A stretch of 64,000 bases of DNA, taken from assembly GCA_013287545.1 (NCBI GenBank), contig JABDDQ010000003.1, positions 33,064 to 97,063 of the forward strand, in the 5' to 3' direction. The notes under the pieces are model-generated. The model was given only the letters and a program-made list of their open reading frames with translations, was not told where the DNA came from and did not search any database. A program made the position numbers and the translations under genes. This document shows, piece by piece, positions 30,647 to 41,452 of the stretch (within the stretch, counting starts at the first letter, position 1; the number at the start of each line of letters is the position of its first letter). The DNA is from Bacteroidota bacterium. Lineage in GTDB: Bacteria > Bacteroidota > Bacteroidia > B-17B0 > Aurantibacillaceae.

Positions 30647-31600
30647 ATGAAAACAATTTTGAAAAAAGTTCGCAGCAGAAAAAAAACTCTTGCCGAACAC
30701 AGCATTTTACTTTTTTGCATAAGCATTATTTTATTTGGACAAAGTTGTGTAACCATAAACCCGGGGGAAATTGGATTGAAAGTGAAGAAAGGCGTTTTAT
30801 CTAACGAAGACTTTGTTGCAGGCAAATATCCGCAAGGACCACGTACCAGTTATATATTGTTTAGTACCCGGGTGCAAGAGTTACCTATAAAAGCTTTGCT
30901 ACCTACAAAAGAAGGTTTAGAGGCAAAAGTAAATATGGCCGTACTATATCATATTAAACCGGAAGCTATAAGAAATATTTATTTAACCCTCGGTATGAAT
31001 TACGAAAATGAAGTTATTTTAAATAACGTATCTGCCATATCACGAGAGACTTGCCTTAACTACCGAGCTATGGATTTAATGACGCAGCGCGACTCTTTAG
31101 AGGTAAATATTTTTAGAAATCTGAATGCTGATATAGGGCATTATGGCTTTGTGGTTGATCAGGTGCTTGTTAAAGAAATTGATGTACCCGATGAAATAGA
31201 CAGAGCCATAGAGAAAAAAGTTTTATCAGAGCAATTAATAAAACAACAAGAGGTTGATATACTTACTCAGCAAAAAGCAACCAACGCATCTATAGAAAAG
31301 CAACGTAAGGAAATGGAGTTTAATTTTGAAAAACAAAAACGTGAAAAAGAAACCACCATACAACAAGAACGAATGGATGCTGACTTTGCCGTTGAAAAAC
31401 AGAAAAAAGACGCGGAGCGCACAGTAATTGGAGCAGAAGCAGCTAAAAAAGCACAAGATTTAAACAATTCAACTATTACTCCTTTACTTATTAAGTACAA
31501 GAGTGTAGAGGTGCTTAAAGAATTAGCAAACTCGCCTAACTCAAAAATTATAATTACTGATGAAAAAAACCCCATAAACATGAGGATGTACGATAAGTAA
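30647..31600 (+). CDS. SPFH / prohibitin (Band 7) family protein
   Basis: Hydrophobic N-terminus ending in QSC, INPGEIG, TKEGL, AIEKK coiled coil, LANSPNSKIII. Confidence 0.88.
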   Translation: MKTILKKVRSRKKTLAEHSILLFCISIILFGQSCVTINPGEIGLKVKKGVLSNEDFVAGKYPQGPRTSYILFSTRVQELPIKALLPTKEGLEAKVNMAVLYHIKPEAIRNIYLTLGMNYENEVILNNVSAISRETCLNYRAMDLMTQRDSLEVNIFRNLNADIGHYGFVVDQVLVKEIDVPDEIDRAIEKKVLSEQLIKQQEVDILTQQKATNASIEKQRKEMEFNFEKQKREKETTIQQERMDADFAVEKQKKDAERTVIGAEAAKKAQDLNNSTITPLLIKYKSVEVLKELANSPNSKIIITDEKNPINMRMYDK

Positions 31601-31607
31601 ATTATTA

Positions 31608-31641
31608 AAATCTCCTTTCTTCAATCGAAGAAGGGAGATTT
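31608..31641 (+). terminator. Intrinsic terminator after the SPFH gene
   Basis: Stem aaatctcctttcttc / gaagaagggagattt (one G-U pair), 4-nt loop. Confidence 0.75.
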
Positions 31642-31765
31642 GTCATTTAATTAAAAACAAGCTAAAAAAAACCTGTTCAAAACCTTTTAAAACTCAGTAG
31701 ATTAGGCTCATAACTCCCTATTTAAAACTCCTAACTGTTTCCTATCTTGCATCTCCGTTTGTAAT

Positions 31766-34408
31766 ATGGAAAAGAAGAAACAAAAAACTGATACCCCCGA
31801 GAAAGAAACTCCCTTAATGAGGCAGTATAACGAAATTAAGACCCAGTTTCCAGATGCTTTATTATTATTTAGAGTAGGTGATTTTTACGAAACCTTCGGT
31901 CAAGATGCTATCAAAGCTGCTTCGGTATTAGGCATTGTACTTACACGACGTGCTAACGGTTCTGCACAGTTTATCGAACTGGCAGGATTTCCTCACCACT
32001 CAATGGATACTTATTTACCAAAATTAGTGCGTGCCGGTTATCGTGTAGCGATATGCGACCAATTAGAAGACCCAAAGCTTACTAAAACAATAGTTAAACG
32101 TGGTGTTACTGAGTTAATTACACCGGGTTTAGCTTACAGTGAAAAAATATTAGACCACCAGACCAATAATTTTTTATGCAGTCTGCATTTAGGCAAAGAC
32201 ATTCATGGAATTTCGCTACTTGATATTTCTACCGGAGAGTTTATAGTTGCAGAGGGTAACGCATCATACATCGAAAAAATTGTACACAAGTTTAGTCCGA
32301 ATGAAATTTTATTTGAACGCAACAAACGTTCGCAGGTTTTAGATTTATTGGGTGATAAATATTATATATACGGCATTGATGACTGGGCCTTTACGTTTGA
32401 TTACGGACAGGAATCGTTAACCAAACATTTCAACACAAATTCATTAAAAGGTTTTGGCATAGAAGAAATGCCTGCTGCTATTGCATCTTGCGGTGCTATG
32501 TTGTTTTATCTGCATCAAACCCGTCACGATAAATTAAAACACATTACCTCTTTAAAACGAATTGATGAACATGAATTTGTTTGGTTAGATAAATTCACTT
32601 TTCGCAATTTAGAATTGATTTATCCTTTACACGAAAACGGCAAAGCTTTGTTTGATGTAATTAACGGAACAGTTACTCCAATGGGCACTCGTCTACTTAA
32701 ACGTTGGATTGCAATGCCCTTGAAAAATATTACGCATATAAATAAACGTTTAGATGTTATTGAATTTTTCACCAAACATACTGAAGAAGCTAACAAACTA
32801 CATAGCGAGTTAAGTCAGTTAGGTGATTTAGAGCGTTTGATTTCAAAAGCAGCTGCTATGCGCATTAACCCGCGTGAGTTGATGCAATTAAAAAGATCGC
32901 TTACTATAACGGAAAACATTAAACAAAGTTTAAAAGACTTCAACAATAAATATTTTGAAGATACTATTACAGGTTTACAAGATTGTAAAGAACTTCAACA
33001 GCGATTAAATTCCTTAAACGAAGATGCGCCCGTATCTATAGCCAAAGGAAAGGTTATGGCTGATGGTGTGAATGCCGAGTTGGATGAATTAAGACAAATT
33101 GCTTATTCGGGTAAAGATTATTTATTAAAAATTCAGCAACGCGAAGTTGAACGCACAGGTATAACTTCATTAAAAGTAGCCTATAACAATGTGTTTGGTT
33201 ATTATTTAGAAGTTACCAATTCGCATAAAGATAAAGTGCCGGCCGATTGGGTGCGTAAACAAACACTTACTAACGCGGAACGTTACATTACGCCCGAATT
33301 AAAAGTTTACGAAGAAAAAATATTAGGTGCCGAAGAAAAAATTACTACTCTTGAAACAAAACTGTTTGAAGAATTGGTAGCTTACGTTACTGAATTTACC
33401 ATCAACATACAGCAAAATGCCGCATTACTGGCTCGTTTAGATTGTCTGCTTGGTTTATCCATAGTAGCTAACAATAATAAATATATACGTCCTGTGGTTA
33501 ACGAGGGCTTTGCTATTGACATTAAAGAAGGCCGCCACCCGGTTATAGAAAAACAATTGCCTGTTGGTGATGAGTATGTGAGCAATTCCGTTTTTTTAGA
33601 TACTGAAGCGCAGCAAATTATGATGATAACCGGCCCGAACATGAGTGGTAAATCTGCTCTGTTACGACAAACGGCTTTAATTACATTGTTGGCACAAACA
33701 GGTTCTTTTGTTCCCGCACAAAGTGCGAATATTGGTTTGGTAGATAAAATTTTTACCCGTGTAGGAGCTTCGGATAACATTTCATCAGGTGAATCTACCT
33801 TTATGGTTGAGATGAACGAAACAGCAAGCATCTTAAACAACCTAAGCAATCGTAGTTTAATTTTATTAGATGAGATAGGAAGAGGAACCGCGACTTACGA
33901 CGGTATATCAATTGCCTGGGCCATTGCAGAATATATACACCAAAACCCACAACATAAAGCAAAAACATTATTTGCCACGCATTATCATGAGCTGAACGAA
34001 ATGCAACAATATTTTCCGCGTGTAAAAAATTACCATGTAACCGTAAAAGAACTTAGCAATAAAGTAATTTTTATGCGCAAGCTTGCCGAAGGTGGCAGTG
34101 AGCATAGTTTTGGGATACACGTAGCTAAAATGGCCGGCATGCCGAAAGATGTTGTTGAACGTGCCGGAGAAATTTTAAAGAAACTGGAAAAAGAACATGA
34201 ACTCGAACCTAATCAAACCTTAGTAGATACCGAAGGTAGGTTAGTTCAAAAAAACACAGATAATGATTATCAATTAAGTTTCTTTCAGTTAGATGACCCT
34301 GTGCTACAACAAATAAAAGAAGAGATTTTAAAAACAGATGTAAACACGCTTACCCCTGTTGAGGCGCTTTTAAAATTAAATGAAATTAAAAAGTTATTAG
34401 GTAAATAA
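31766..34408 (+). CDS. mutS: DNA mismatch repair protein MutS
   Basis: [53 protein letters not shown]. Confidence 0.98.
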   Translation: MEKKKQKTDTPEKETPLMRQYNEIKTQFPDALLLFRVGDFYETFGQDAIKAASVLGIVLTRRANGSAQFIELAGFPHHSMDTYLPKLVRAGYRVAICDQLEDPKLTKTIVKRGVTELITPGLAYSEKILDHQTNNFLCSLHLGKDIHGISLLDISTGEFIVAEGNASYIEKIVHKFSPNEILFERNKRSQVLDLLGDKYYIYGIDDWAFTFDYGQESLTKHFNTNSLKGFGIEEMPAAIASCGAMLFYLHQTRHDKLKHITSLKRIDEHEFVWLDKFTFRNLELIYPLHENGKALFDVINGTVTPMGTRLLKRWIAMPLKNITHINKRLDVIEFFTKHTEEANKLHSELSQLGDLERLISKAAAMRINPRELMQLKRSLTITENIKQSLKDFNNKYFEDTITGLQDCKELQQRLNSLNEDAPVSIAKGKVMADGVNAELDELRQIAYSGKDYLLKIQQREVERTGITSLKVAYNNVFGYYLEVTNSHKDKVPADWVRKQTLTNAERYITPELKVYEEKILGAEEKITTLETKLFEELVAYVTEFTINIQQNAALLARLDCLLGLSIVANNNKYIRPVVNEGFAIDIKEGRHPVIEKQLPVGDEYVSNSVFLDTEAQQIMMITGPNMSGKSALLRQTALITLLAQTGSFVPAQSANIGLVDKIFTRVGASDNISSGESTFMVEMNETASILNNLSNRSLILLDEIGRGTATYDGISIAWAIAEYIHQNPQHKAKTLFATHYHELNEMQQYFPRVKNYHVTVKELSNKVIFMRKLAEGGSEHSFGIHVAKMAGMPKDVVERAGEILKKLEKEHELEPNQTLVDTEGRLVQKNTDNDYQLSFFQLDDPVLQQIKEEILKTDVNTLTPVEALLKLNEIKKLLGK

Positions 34409-34414
34409 TAAAAT

Positions 34415-36022
34415 ATGCTGAAAAACTTCAAGCTAAATCAAACTACATCAATTCTACTTCTTTGTGGCATCTTTTTAGTACAAATGTATTGTTATAATTA
34501 CAAGGAGACTTTACATATACATCCACGTAACATACACTCATGGAGACAAACAGATTGTCTCTCATTTGTATTAAATTTTTACAATGGTCGAGGAACTTTC
34601 ACAGAACCCTGTGTAAATAATTTAGGCAATACAGATGATGGAAAAATAGCCAGTGATTTCCCCTTAGTTCAATATACAGTTGCTCAGATATGGAAAATAA
34701 CTGGTAAATCAGAACTGATATTTAGGTTAATTGAATTAGGTTTTTTATTTATGGGCTTGCTATACATATATAAACTGGCCTTATATTGGACTGAGAATTA
34801 TTTTCTCTCAATAGCAACAGCAGCGCTTGTATTTACTTCACCTATCTTAGCCTACTATGGAACTACTTTTTTAAGTGATATACAAGCTTTTGGGCTGATT
34901 TGCGGAGGTTTTTATTTTGTCATAAAGTGGCTAAATGAAAAAAAACGAAAACAATTAGTAATAGCCATTCTATTCTTTTTATTTGCAGGATGGTGCAAAA
35001 TGTCATCTGTTTTTGTTTATGCCATTGCATTACTTTTAATTGCAAGAGAATTTATGATTGGAATTCGCTCGGCAGATCTAAATTACAAGAAAATTAATTT
35101 TATCGATATCGTATTATTGTGTGTTCCTTTTATAGCATGGTATCTTTGGTACCATTACGCAACTAATTATAATAACCTACACCCAAATCATTTTTTTCTC
35201 ATTGGTATTTTACCTATTTGGGAATTAAATGCGGAAAAACAACATTTTATATTAATGAAGTTTTTATCAGAAATTTTACCTCAAATGCTTCATTCAAGTT
35301 TACTACTTGTCATATTTGTTACTGTTATTGCGTTTTCAATTTCTAAGATAAAACGTTTCTTTTCCGAAGAATATATAATTATGACCGGCGGATTTATTAT
35401 GTTTTTTTTATTCATCATACTTTTCTTTCAGGTTTTTAATGCACATGATTATTATTTGATAACCATGTTAAATATATTCGTCATAATTTTATGTTTACTG
35501 GTAAGAATGATTAACAACTCGTTGGGAGCACTATTAAACAGTAATACCAGCCGAATTTTCGTTATTATTTTTATCGGCTTGCTAACCTGTTTATCTGGCA
35601 TTAAAGCCAGAGGGCGAATTAATTTTAACGATAAGTGGATGACAAAATCAATTGCTTATAATGAAACAGAATATAAATTAATGGAATATTTTACTTGGTA
35701 CGAGCACACTCGCTATGAAGTATTAGAAGATCCTTCTTTTAACATAGATAAAGTAGGAATTACCAAACAAGACACTGTTATATGTATAGGAGATAAAACT
35801 ATTAATAGAGCTTTATATTTAATTGACCGTGTAGGTTATTCCAGTTATAATATTGATAATATCGGCATTGATAATATAGCCAAATTTATAGAAGAGAAAA
35901 GGAAAAAAGGACTGAAGTATATTATACTAATTGAGCCTGACTATTTAAATAACGAAAATTTAAAGCCATATCTTACAAATAAAATCTTCGAAGAAAAGTC
36001 TACCTCCATTTACAAACTCTAA
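34415..36022 (+). CDS. GT-C fold polytopic glycosyltransferase (ArnT / PMT_2-like)
   Basis: HSWRQTD first-loop motif, FPL, many TM helices, HDYY, soluble C-terminal domain. Confidence 0.78.
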   Translation: MLKNFKLNQTTSILLLCGIFLVQMYCYNYKETLHIHPRNIHSWRQTDCLSFVLNFYNGRGTFTEPCVNNLGNTDDGKIASDFPLVQYTVAQIWKITGKSELIFRLIELGFLFMGLLYIYKLALYWTENYFLSIATAALVFTSPILAYYGTTFLSDIQAFGLICGGFYFVIKWLNEKKRKQLVIAILFFLFAGWCKMSSVFVYAIALLLIAREFMIGIRSADLNYKKINFIDIVLLCVPFIAWYLWYHYATNYNNLHPNHFFLIGILPIWELNAEKQHFILMKFLSEILPQMLHSSLLLVIFVTVIAFSISKIKRFFSEEYIIMTGGFIMFFLFIILFFQVFNAHDYYLITMLNIFVIILCLLVRMINNSLGALLNSNTSRIFVIIFIGLLTCLSGIKARGRINFNDKWMTKSIAYNETEYKLMEYFTWYEHTRYEVLEDPSFNIDKVGITKQDTVICIGDKTINRALYLIDRVGYSSYNIDNIGIDNIAKFIEEKRKKGLKYIILIEPDYLNNENLKPYLTNKIFEEKSTSIYKL

Positions 36023-36025
36023 CCG

Positions 36026-37087
36026 ATGTCTGATTTCAACGATATTATGCTCGATTTAAAACGGAAGCTTTACAAGCCCGTTTATTTTTTGCATGGCGAA
36101 GAACCTTATTTTATTGATGAAATTGGCAATTATATAGAACATAATGTACTGGATGAAACCGAAAAAGGCTTTAATCAAACAGTTTTATATGGCAGAGATA
36201 CTGACTTAGCAAGCATTATTAGTTTGGCAAAAGGTTTCCCTATGATGGGCGAACGACAAGTAATTATTGTAAAAGAAGCACAAACTTTAAAAGAACTTTC
36301 AAAATCTACGGGTGATGGAGATGAAGTAAAAGAAAAAAAATCTTCTTCAGATACTAAAAATGTATTAGCTGCTTATCTCGAAAACCCACAACCATCGAGT
36401 ATTTTAGTATTTTGTTTTAAATATAAAAAACTAGATGCTCGTTCTGCCCTTTCTAAAGCAATTGCAAAAAAAGCGGTGCTGTTTGAGTCTAAAAAACTAT
36501 ACGACAACAAAATTCCTGATTGGATAAACGGATATTTAAAAGATAAAAAATACAGTATCAACCCAAAAGCTGCTATTTTACTTTCAGAATATTTAGGAAA
36601 TGACCTTTCTAAAATTGCGAATGAAATAGGCAAGCTTTGCATCAACTTACCAGAAAATAGTGAAATTAACATAGACCATATTCAGCAAAACATTGGTATC
36701 AGCAAAGATTTTAATGTATTTGAATTACAGGATGCACTTAGTAAAAAAGATGTGCTAAAAGCCAATCGTATAGTACAGTACTTTGCTGCAAATCCAAAGG
36801 AAAATCCTTTGGTAATGACTAACGCCTCTTTGTATAATTATTTTCAAAAAATACTTTTATATCATTTTGTACCTGATAAAAGCAGAGGAAGTGTTGCCAG
36901 TGCCTTAGGCATGAATCCGTTTTTTGTAGAAGGTTATGAGCGTGCCGCACGTAATTATAACACAGCCAAGCTAAAATATATTTTTGGTTATTTGCACGAG
37001 TGCGATGCTCGTTCTAAAGGTGTTGAAAATGTTAGTATAGAAGATGGTGATTTATTAAAAGAAATGGTGTTTAAAATTTTACATTAA
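36026..37087 (+). CDS. holA: DNA polymerase III subunit delta
   Basis: PVYFLHGEEPYFID, FNQTVLYG, PMMGERQVIIVKEAQ, IGISKDFNVFEL. Confidence 0.95.
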   Translation: MSDFNDIMLDLKRKLYKPVYFLHGEEPYFIDEIGNYIEHNVLDETEKGFNQTVLYGRDTDLASIISLAKGFPMMGERQVIIVKEAQTLKELSKSTGDGDEVKEKKSSSDTKNVLAAYLENPQPSSILVFCFKYKKLDARSALSKAIAKKAVLFESKKLYDNKIPDWINGYLKDKKYSINPKAAILLSEYLGNDLSKIANEIGKLCINLPENSEINIDHIQQNIGISKDFNVFELQDALSKKDVLKANRIVQYFAANPKENPLVMTNASLYNYFQKILLYHFVPDKSRGSVASALGMNPFFVEGYERAARNYNTAKLKYIFGYLHECDARSKGVENVSIEDGDLLKEMVFKILH

Positions 37088-37105
37088 TTAAAATCAAACA
37101 ATATA

Positions 37106-37516
37106 ATGAACTACTGGCTCATTAAATCAGAACCGGCTGCTTACAGCTGGGAACAATTTATAAAAGACAAAGAAACTTTTTGGAGTGGCGTACGAAATTA
37201 TGCCGCACGCAACAACTTAAAAGCTATGAAAAAAGGCGACCTTGCTTTTTTTTATCATAGCAACGAAGGACTTTGCATTGTGGGCATTGCTAAAGTAATT
37301 AAAGAATATACTCCTGATAAAACTGCAACTGAAGGCGAATGGTACGGTGTAGATTTTGCTCCGTACAAAGGATTAAAAAATCCAGTTACGCTTGAGCAAA
37401 TTAAAAAAGAACCTCAATTAAAAACAATGGAGTTGATTCGCATTTCTCGGCTTTCTGTTTCAAAAGTTACTGATAAGGAGTTCGATAAAATTTTGCTAAT
37501 GAGCGAAACCAAATAA
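37106..37516 (+). CDS. EVE domain protein
   Basis: YWLIKSEP, WSGVRNYAARN, GD.AFFYHS, SRLSV. Confidence 0.92.
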   Translation: MNYWLIKSEPAAYSWEQFIKDKETFWSGVRNYAARNNLKAMKKGDLAFFYHSNEGLCIVGIAKVIKEYTPDKTATEGEWYGVDFAPYKGLKNPVTLEQIKKEPQLKTMELIRISRLSVSKVTDKEFDKILLMSETK

Positions 37517-37938
37517 TGAATAAACTCTCGTTTGCCGCTGTTACTACAGATGTACTAAACCATGTAGCACATGATATAATAGCTCATTTAGCCGACAGTA
37601 AAATTATTTTGTTTTATGGAGAAATGGGTGCAGGCAAAACCACCCTTATTAAAGAAATTTGCACCCAACTTGGGGTAACAGATACTATGAGTAGCCCTAC
37701 TTTTTCGGTAATAAATGAGTACCGAGCAAGCAATAATAAAATTATTTACCATTTTGATTTGTACCGTATAAAAAGCATAGAAGAATGCCTTGATTTAGGC
37801 ATGGAGGAGTATTTAGATAGCGGTAACTATTGTTTTATTGAATGGCCCGAAGTTGCTGCACCCTTATTACCTGAAAAATATTATAGTCTATCCATAAAAA
37901 CAGAAAAGGATAATACTCGTAGCATTATCCTTTCTTAA
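37516..37938 (+). CDS. tsaE: tRNA threonylcarbamoyladenosine biosynthesis ATPase TsaE
   Basis: GEMGAGKTT, SSPTFS, YHFDLYR, IEW. Confidence 0.96.
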   Translation: MNKLSFAAVTTDVLNHVAHDIIAHLADSKIILFYGEMGAGKTTLIKEICTQLGVTDTMSSPTFSVINEYRASNNKIIYHFDLYRIKSIEECLDLGMEEYLDSGNYCFIEWPEVAAPLLPEKYYSLSIKTEKDNTRSIILS

Positions 37939-37959
37939 AAAAGCATTGTTAGTTTTCTT

Positions 37960-38967
37960 TTAATTGCTACCTAAAACTTTCAATAACTCATCTAATTTAG
38001 GTGTCAATATAATTTCTGTGCGACGATTTTTTTTACGAGCGTCGGCTGTTTTAGCAGGGTCTAAAGGAAAAAACTCTCCACGTCCGGCAGCACTTATACG
38101 TTTTGGATCTATACCCGGGCTACTTTGCAAAATTATTTTAGTAACCGATGTAGCGCGCATTACACTTAAATCCCAGTTATCTTTAATGTCTCCGTTGCCG
38201 TGCATTGGCACATCATCTGTATGTCCTTCAACCATTATATTAATGTCGGGATTTTGGTCTAAAACTTTAGCCACATTTTTTAAAGCCTCTATTCCTTTAG
38301 GTTCTACAGCCGTTTTACCACTTGCAAATAGTAACGACTCATCCATGCTCACATAAATTTTGCCATTTTTTTGCGTAATGGTTAACCCTTTATTTTCAAA
38401 ATTATAAAGCGCATCGCTCAATTTCTTTTTCAAATCTGCGGCTGCCTGATCTTTTTGTTTTAGCACGGCTTCCAATTCGTTTACACGTTTTTCACGTAAT
38501 TGCAATTGAGTAGATAAAGAATCTAAACTTTGTTTTTGTTTATTTAGTTGAGCTGATAAAGCATTTAACTCATCTTGTTTTTTCAGTAATTGTGTTTGTG
38601 TAGCCTGTAAATCGCCGCTTAATTTAGCATTATCTTTTTCGCTGCTGGTTAACTGCCTATTTAACTTATCCATTAACTCATCGTTTAACTGATTAAGTTT
38701 ATCGTACTTAACCGTAAGTATACGGTAATTGGTACCTAATACATTCGTATCGCGGCGCAACCCAGTAAGGTCTTTATTGTTTTGAGCAAGTTCATCGCTC
38801 AAATCTTTTAATTTTGCTTCATTAGCTTGTGAGCTTGTTTTAAGAGCCGCTAACTCGCTTTCGCAAGCTTTTTGCTTATCCTGACACTCCTCTAACTTGC
38901 GTTGCGGGACACAAGAGGTTAAGAAAACTGCTGCTATTATGGCGATGTAGAACGATTTTTTTATCAT
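37960..38967 (-). CDS. OmpA/MotB-family peptidoglycan-binding lipoprotein with long coiled coil
   Basis: Lipobox FLTSC after the ATG at 38967, heptad-rich middle, VEGHTD, NWDLSVMRA, NRRTEI. Confidence 0.88.
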   Translation of the reverse strand: MIKKSFYIAIIAAVFLTSCVPQRKLEECQDKQKACESELAALKTSSQANEAKLKDLSDELAQNNKDLTGLRRDTNVLGTNYRILTVKYDKLNQLNDELMDKLNRQLTSSEKDNAKLSGDLQATQTQLLKKQDELNALSAQLNKQKQSLDSLSTQLQLREKRVNELEAVLKQKDQAAADLKKKLSDALYNFENKGLTITQKNGKIYVSMDESLLFASGKTAVEPKGIEALKNVAKVLDQNPDINIMVEGHTDDVPMHGNGDIKDNWDLSVMRATSVTKIILQSSPGIDPKRISAAGRGEFFPLDPAKTADARKKNRRTEIILTPKLDELLKVLGSN

Positions 38968-39067
38968 GGTAAACATTTTATTGTTAGCAAAAATATGGTT
39001 ACAAGCGTAAATAATTACCGCTTTTTTTGAAACTTTTAAACAACTAATAGCGTATAAATAAATTAAC

Positions 39068-39778
39068 ATGAGTACACTTCAAAATAATTGGCTTACTGAA
39101 AATCACATTGATTTTGAGTACAAAAAATATATGGTATTAGGTTATATGCAAGATATAAAATACCAGTACGAACGGCAGGAGTTATACCCAGCATTGGCAG
39201 ATGTTATTGCTCATTACAAAAACCTGAAACAGATAAAGGATAATGCCAACCAAATAAAAAAAGGTTTTTCGAAAGATGTTACCGGTATAGACTGGCAAAA
39301 AATGGAGCTAATTCATAAACAAGAAAAAATAGCTGACGATTTGTTTCAAGAACTTGAAATGATTATTGATTTTTCAATGCCTTTGTTTGCCGATAAAATA
39401 AATGCAGGAAAAAAAATGTACGATTACGTGGAGCAAAACTTATCGTTAAGTATGGTGGGTATCTCCCCCTTACGAAAAGAAGAAGGTTACCTGATTATAA
39501 ATACAGACAATCAGAAAGAAATTTACGTTTACCAATATGGTTTTTCTATTTTACAAAATGTGCAGGAGCATGTAAAGCAGTTGTATACCGAATACATAAG
39601 TACGTATACGCATACTATTAACAACACTTTCGAGAAAATAAAACAGGATTTAATCTCTACCCGAAAAGAACTCCCCAATCCGGCTGTTTATGTCATAAAA
39701 AGTGCTGTTTCAGCACCATTTACCGAAACCCTTTTACCTATAGCCAAGCGCTTTTTTGTGCATAAATTTGCGGCGTAA
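39068..39778 (+). CDS. Conserved hypothetical protein
   Basis: Intact 236-aa ORF with IDFEYKKY, LYP, EGYL, ETLLPIAKR blocks; function not recognised. Confidence 0.75.
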   Translation: MSTLQNNWLTENHIDFEYKKYMVLGYMQDIKYQYERQELYPALADVIAHYKNLKQIKDNANQIKKGFSKDVTGIDWQKMELIHKQEKIADDLFQELEMIIDFSMPLFADKINAGKKMYDYVEQNLSLSMVGISPLRKEEGYLIINTDNQKEIYVYQYGFSILQNVQEHVKQLYTEYISTYTHTINNTFEKIKQDLISTRKELPNPAVYVIKSAVSAPFTETLLPIAKRFFVHKFAA

Positions 39779-39836
39779 CAAATCCTAATTTTTTTAACGC
39801 TATAATTAGTTTAAATTTGTAGAATAAACCCATTTT

Positions 39837-41438
39837 ATGCAAAAAAAACTATTTAGCACTGCATTTTTTTTATTAGTAAATATTGCTATTTACAGTCAGG
39901 TTATGTTTCAAAAAATATATGAAAAAGGTTCAGATTTAACCACCTCTTACGGCGCACAACAAACCAGCGATGGTGGTTACATTATGGCTGGTTTGCACCA
40001 GGTTTCTGCAACTGATTTTGATTACTTAGTAGTTAAAACAGGTGCTAATGGCGATACTTTATGGACTAGAACCTACGGCGGTATTGGTGATGAAGAAAGT
40101 TACGGCATGCAGCAAACTGCTGATGGAGGGTATATTTTTACAGGCATAGATAGTTCTTCTGGTTTAGGCAGTTATAATGTTTATTTAGTAAAAACTAATG
40201 CAAACGGAGATACTCTTTGGACAAAGTCTTACGGAGGAAATAATCAGGATTTTGCACAAGCTATTCAGCAAACTACCGATGGCGGCTATATTATTGCAGG
40301 GTACAGCAACAGTTTTAGTGCAGGTGGAGACGATGACGTATATCTTCTAAAAACTGATGCTAACGGAAATCTTAGCTGGAGTAAAACATACGGTGGTTTT
40401 TATGGTGATGCCGCTTTTGCCGTTAAACAAACTACCGATGGAGGTTATATTTTAGCAGGTTGTACAAGCAGTTTTGGTCTTAGCCCATATGGTAATGTAA
40501 ATGATTTTTACGTTTTAAAAACTAACGCTACCGGCACACTTACTTGGAGTAAAACATACGGACAATATGGTGATGATTGGGCCTTTGGCGTTATTCAAAC
40601 AAAAGATGGCAATTACGCCATTACAGGTCATACTAATGTAGACAGTACTGTTGCTTATAGCGATTTATATTTAATAAAAATAGATGTTAATGGGGATACT
40701 TTGTTTACTGAATCAGTTGGTGGCACAAACTACGAAGCAGGATTAGCTATTACAGAAAGCAACGATAGTGGATTGGTTATTGGAGGTTCTACATATAGTT
40801 TTGGAAATGGGTCAAGTGATGTTTATTTACTTAAAACTAATGCAAAAGGGAAATTTCTTTTTAATTCAACTTTTGGGGTTCCGGGAAATGATTTTGCATA
40901 CAGCATATCTCAAACAACTGATAAAGGTTATTTACTTACAGGATATACAAGCAACGTAATTGTAAATAACAGTAGTTTTTCTTTAACAAAAACTGATTCG
41001 TTGGGCAACAGTAATAATTGTAACCAAACTACACCAACACCAACCATTAAAATTGGCGTTGGCGCTATAACTACACCGACAACTGTTGTTGGTACACCTG
41101 CAACCCTAACTGCGAATAACACCCATACAAAAATAAGTTACGGAGTTTCAGTTGTTGACCCTTGTCCGCCAACTACAAGCATAAAACAAAATGAAATTAA
41201 ACAAGTGGCGTTCACAGTTTATCCAAACCCAAGTAATGGAAATATTACTATTAAAACCACTGACCTAAAAGAAAATACGCAAATAACTATTTACAATCAA
41301 TTAGGGCAAATTGTATTAACCAAACAAATAAACAATGAGCTTACTAATTTAAATTTAAGTATAAGCGCAGGTGTTTACCAAGTACGTATTTTAAACGGAA
41401 ACGAACTTATTTACCAAACAAAAATCATTAAAGAGTAA
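39837..41438 (+). CDS. T9SS-secreted beta-propeller repeat protein
   Basis: About seven repeats of QQTxDGGYIxxG...D.YL.KT.ANG...W..TYGG, Thr/Pro-rich linker, VYPNP...GVY...KIIKE CTD; TAAATTTG promoter element at 39812-39819. Confidence 0.88.
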   Translation: MQKKLFSTAFFLLVNIAIYSQVMFQKIYEKGSDLTTSYGAQQTSDGGYIMAGLHQVSATDFDYLVVKTGANGDTLWTRTYGGIGDEESYGMQQTADGGYIFTGIDSSSGLGSYNVYLVKTNANGDTLWTKSYGGNNQDFAQAIQQTTDGGYIIAGYSNSFSAGGDDDVYLLKTDANGNLSWSKTYGGFYGDAAFAVKQTTDGGYILAGCTSSFGLSPYGNVNDFYVLKTNATGTLTWSKTYGQYGDDWAFGVIQTKDGNYAITGHTNVDSTVAYSDLYLIKIDVNGDTLFTESVGGTNYEAGLAITESNDSGLVIGGSTYSFGNGSSDVYLLKTNAKGKFLFNSTFGVPGNDFAYSISQTTDKGYLLTGYTSNVIVNNSSFSLTKTDSLGNSNNCNQTTPTPTIKIGVGAITTPTTVVGTPATLTANNTHTKISYGVSVVDPCPPTTSIKQNEIKQVAFTVYPNPSNGNITIKTTDLKENTQITIYNQLGQIVLTKQINNELTNLNLSISAGVYQVRILNGNELIYQTKIIKE

Positions 41439-41452
41439 GAAATTTTTATTGC

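Noticed and set aside
31686-31730. Direct repeat tttaaaactc upstream of mutS
   Set aside because: Two copies of a 10-nt AT-rich word; plausible by chance, with no supporting context.
37960-38967. MotB-like domain suggesting a flagellar stator
   Set aside because: It is a lipoprotein without the MotB TM Asp helix and no motA or flagellar genes are nearby; a general OmpA-like peptidoglycan-binding protein.
39950-40945. Recurrent DNA words (caaactaccgatgg, aaaacatacgg) suggesting a repeat array or CRISPR
   Set aside because: Degenerate in-frame copies encoding beta-propeller blades; no identical repeats with unique spacers and no cas genes.
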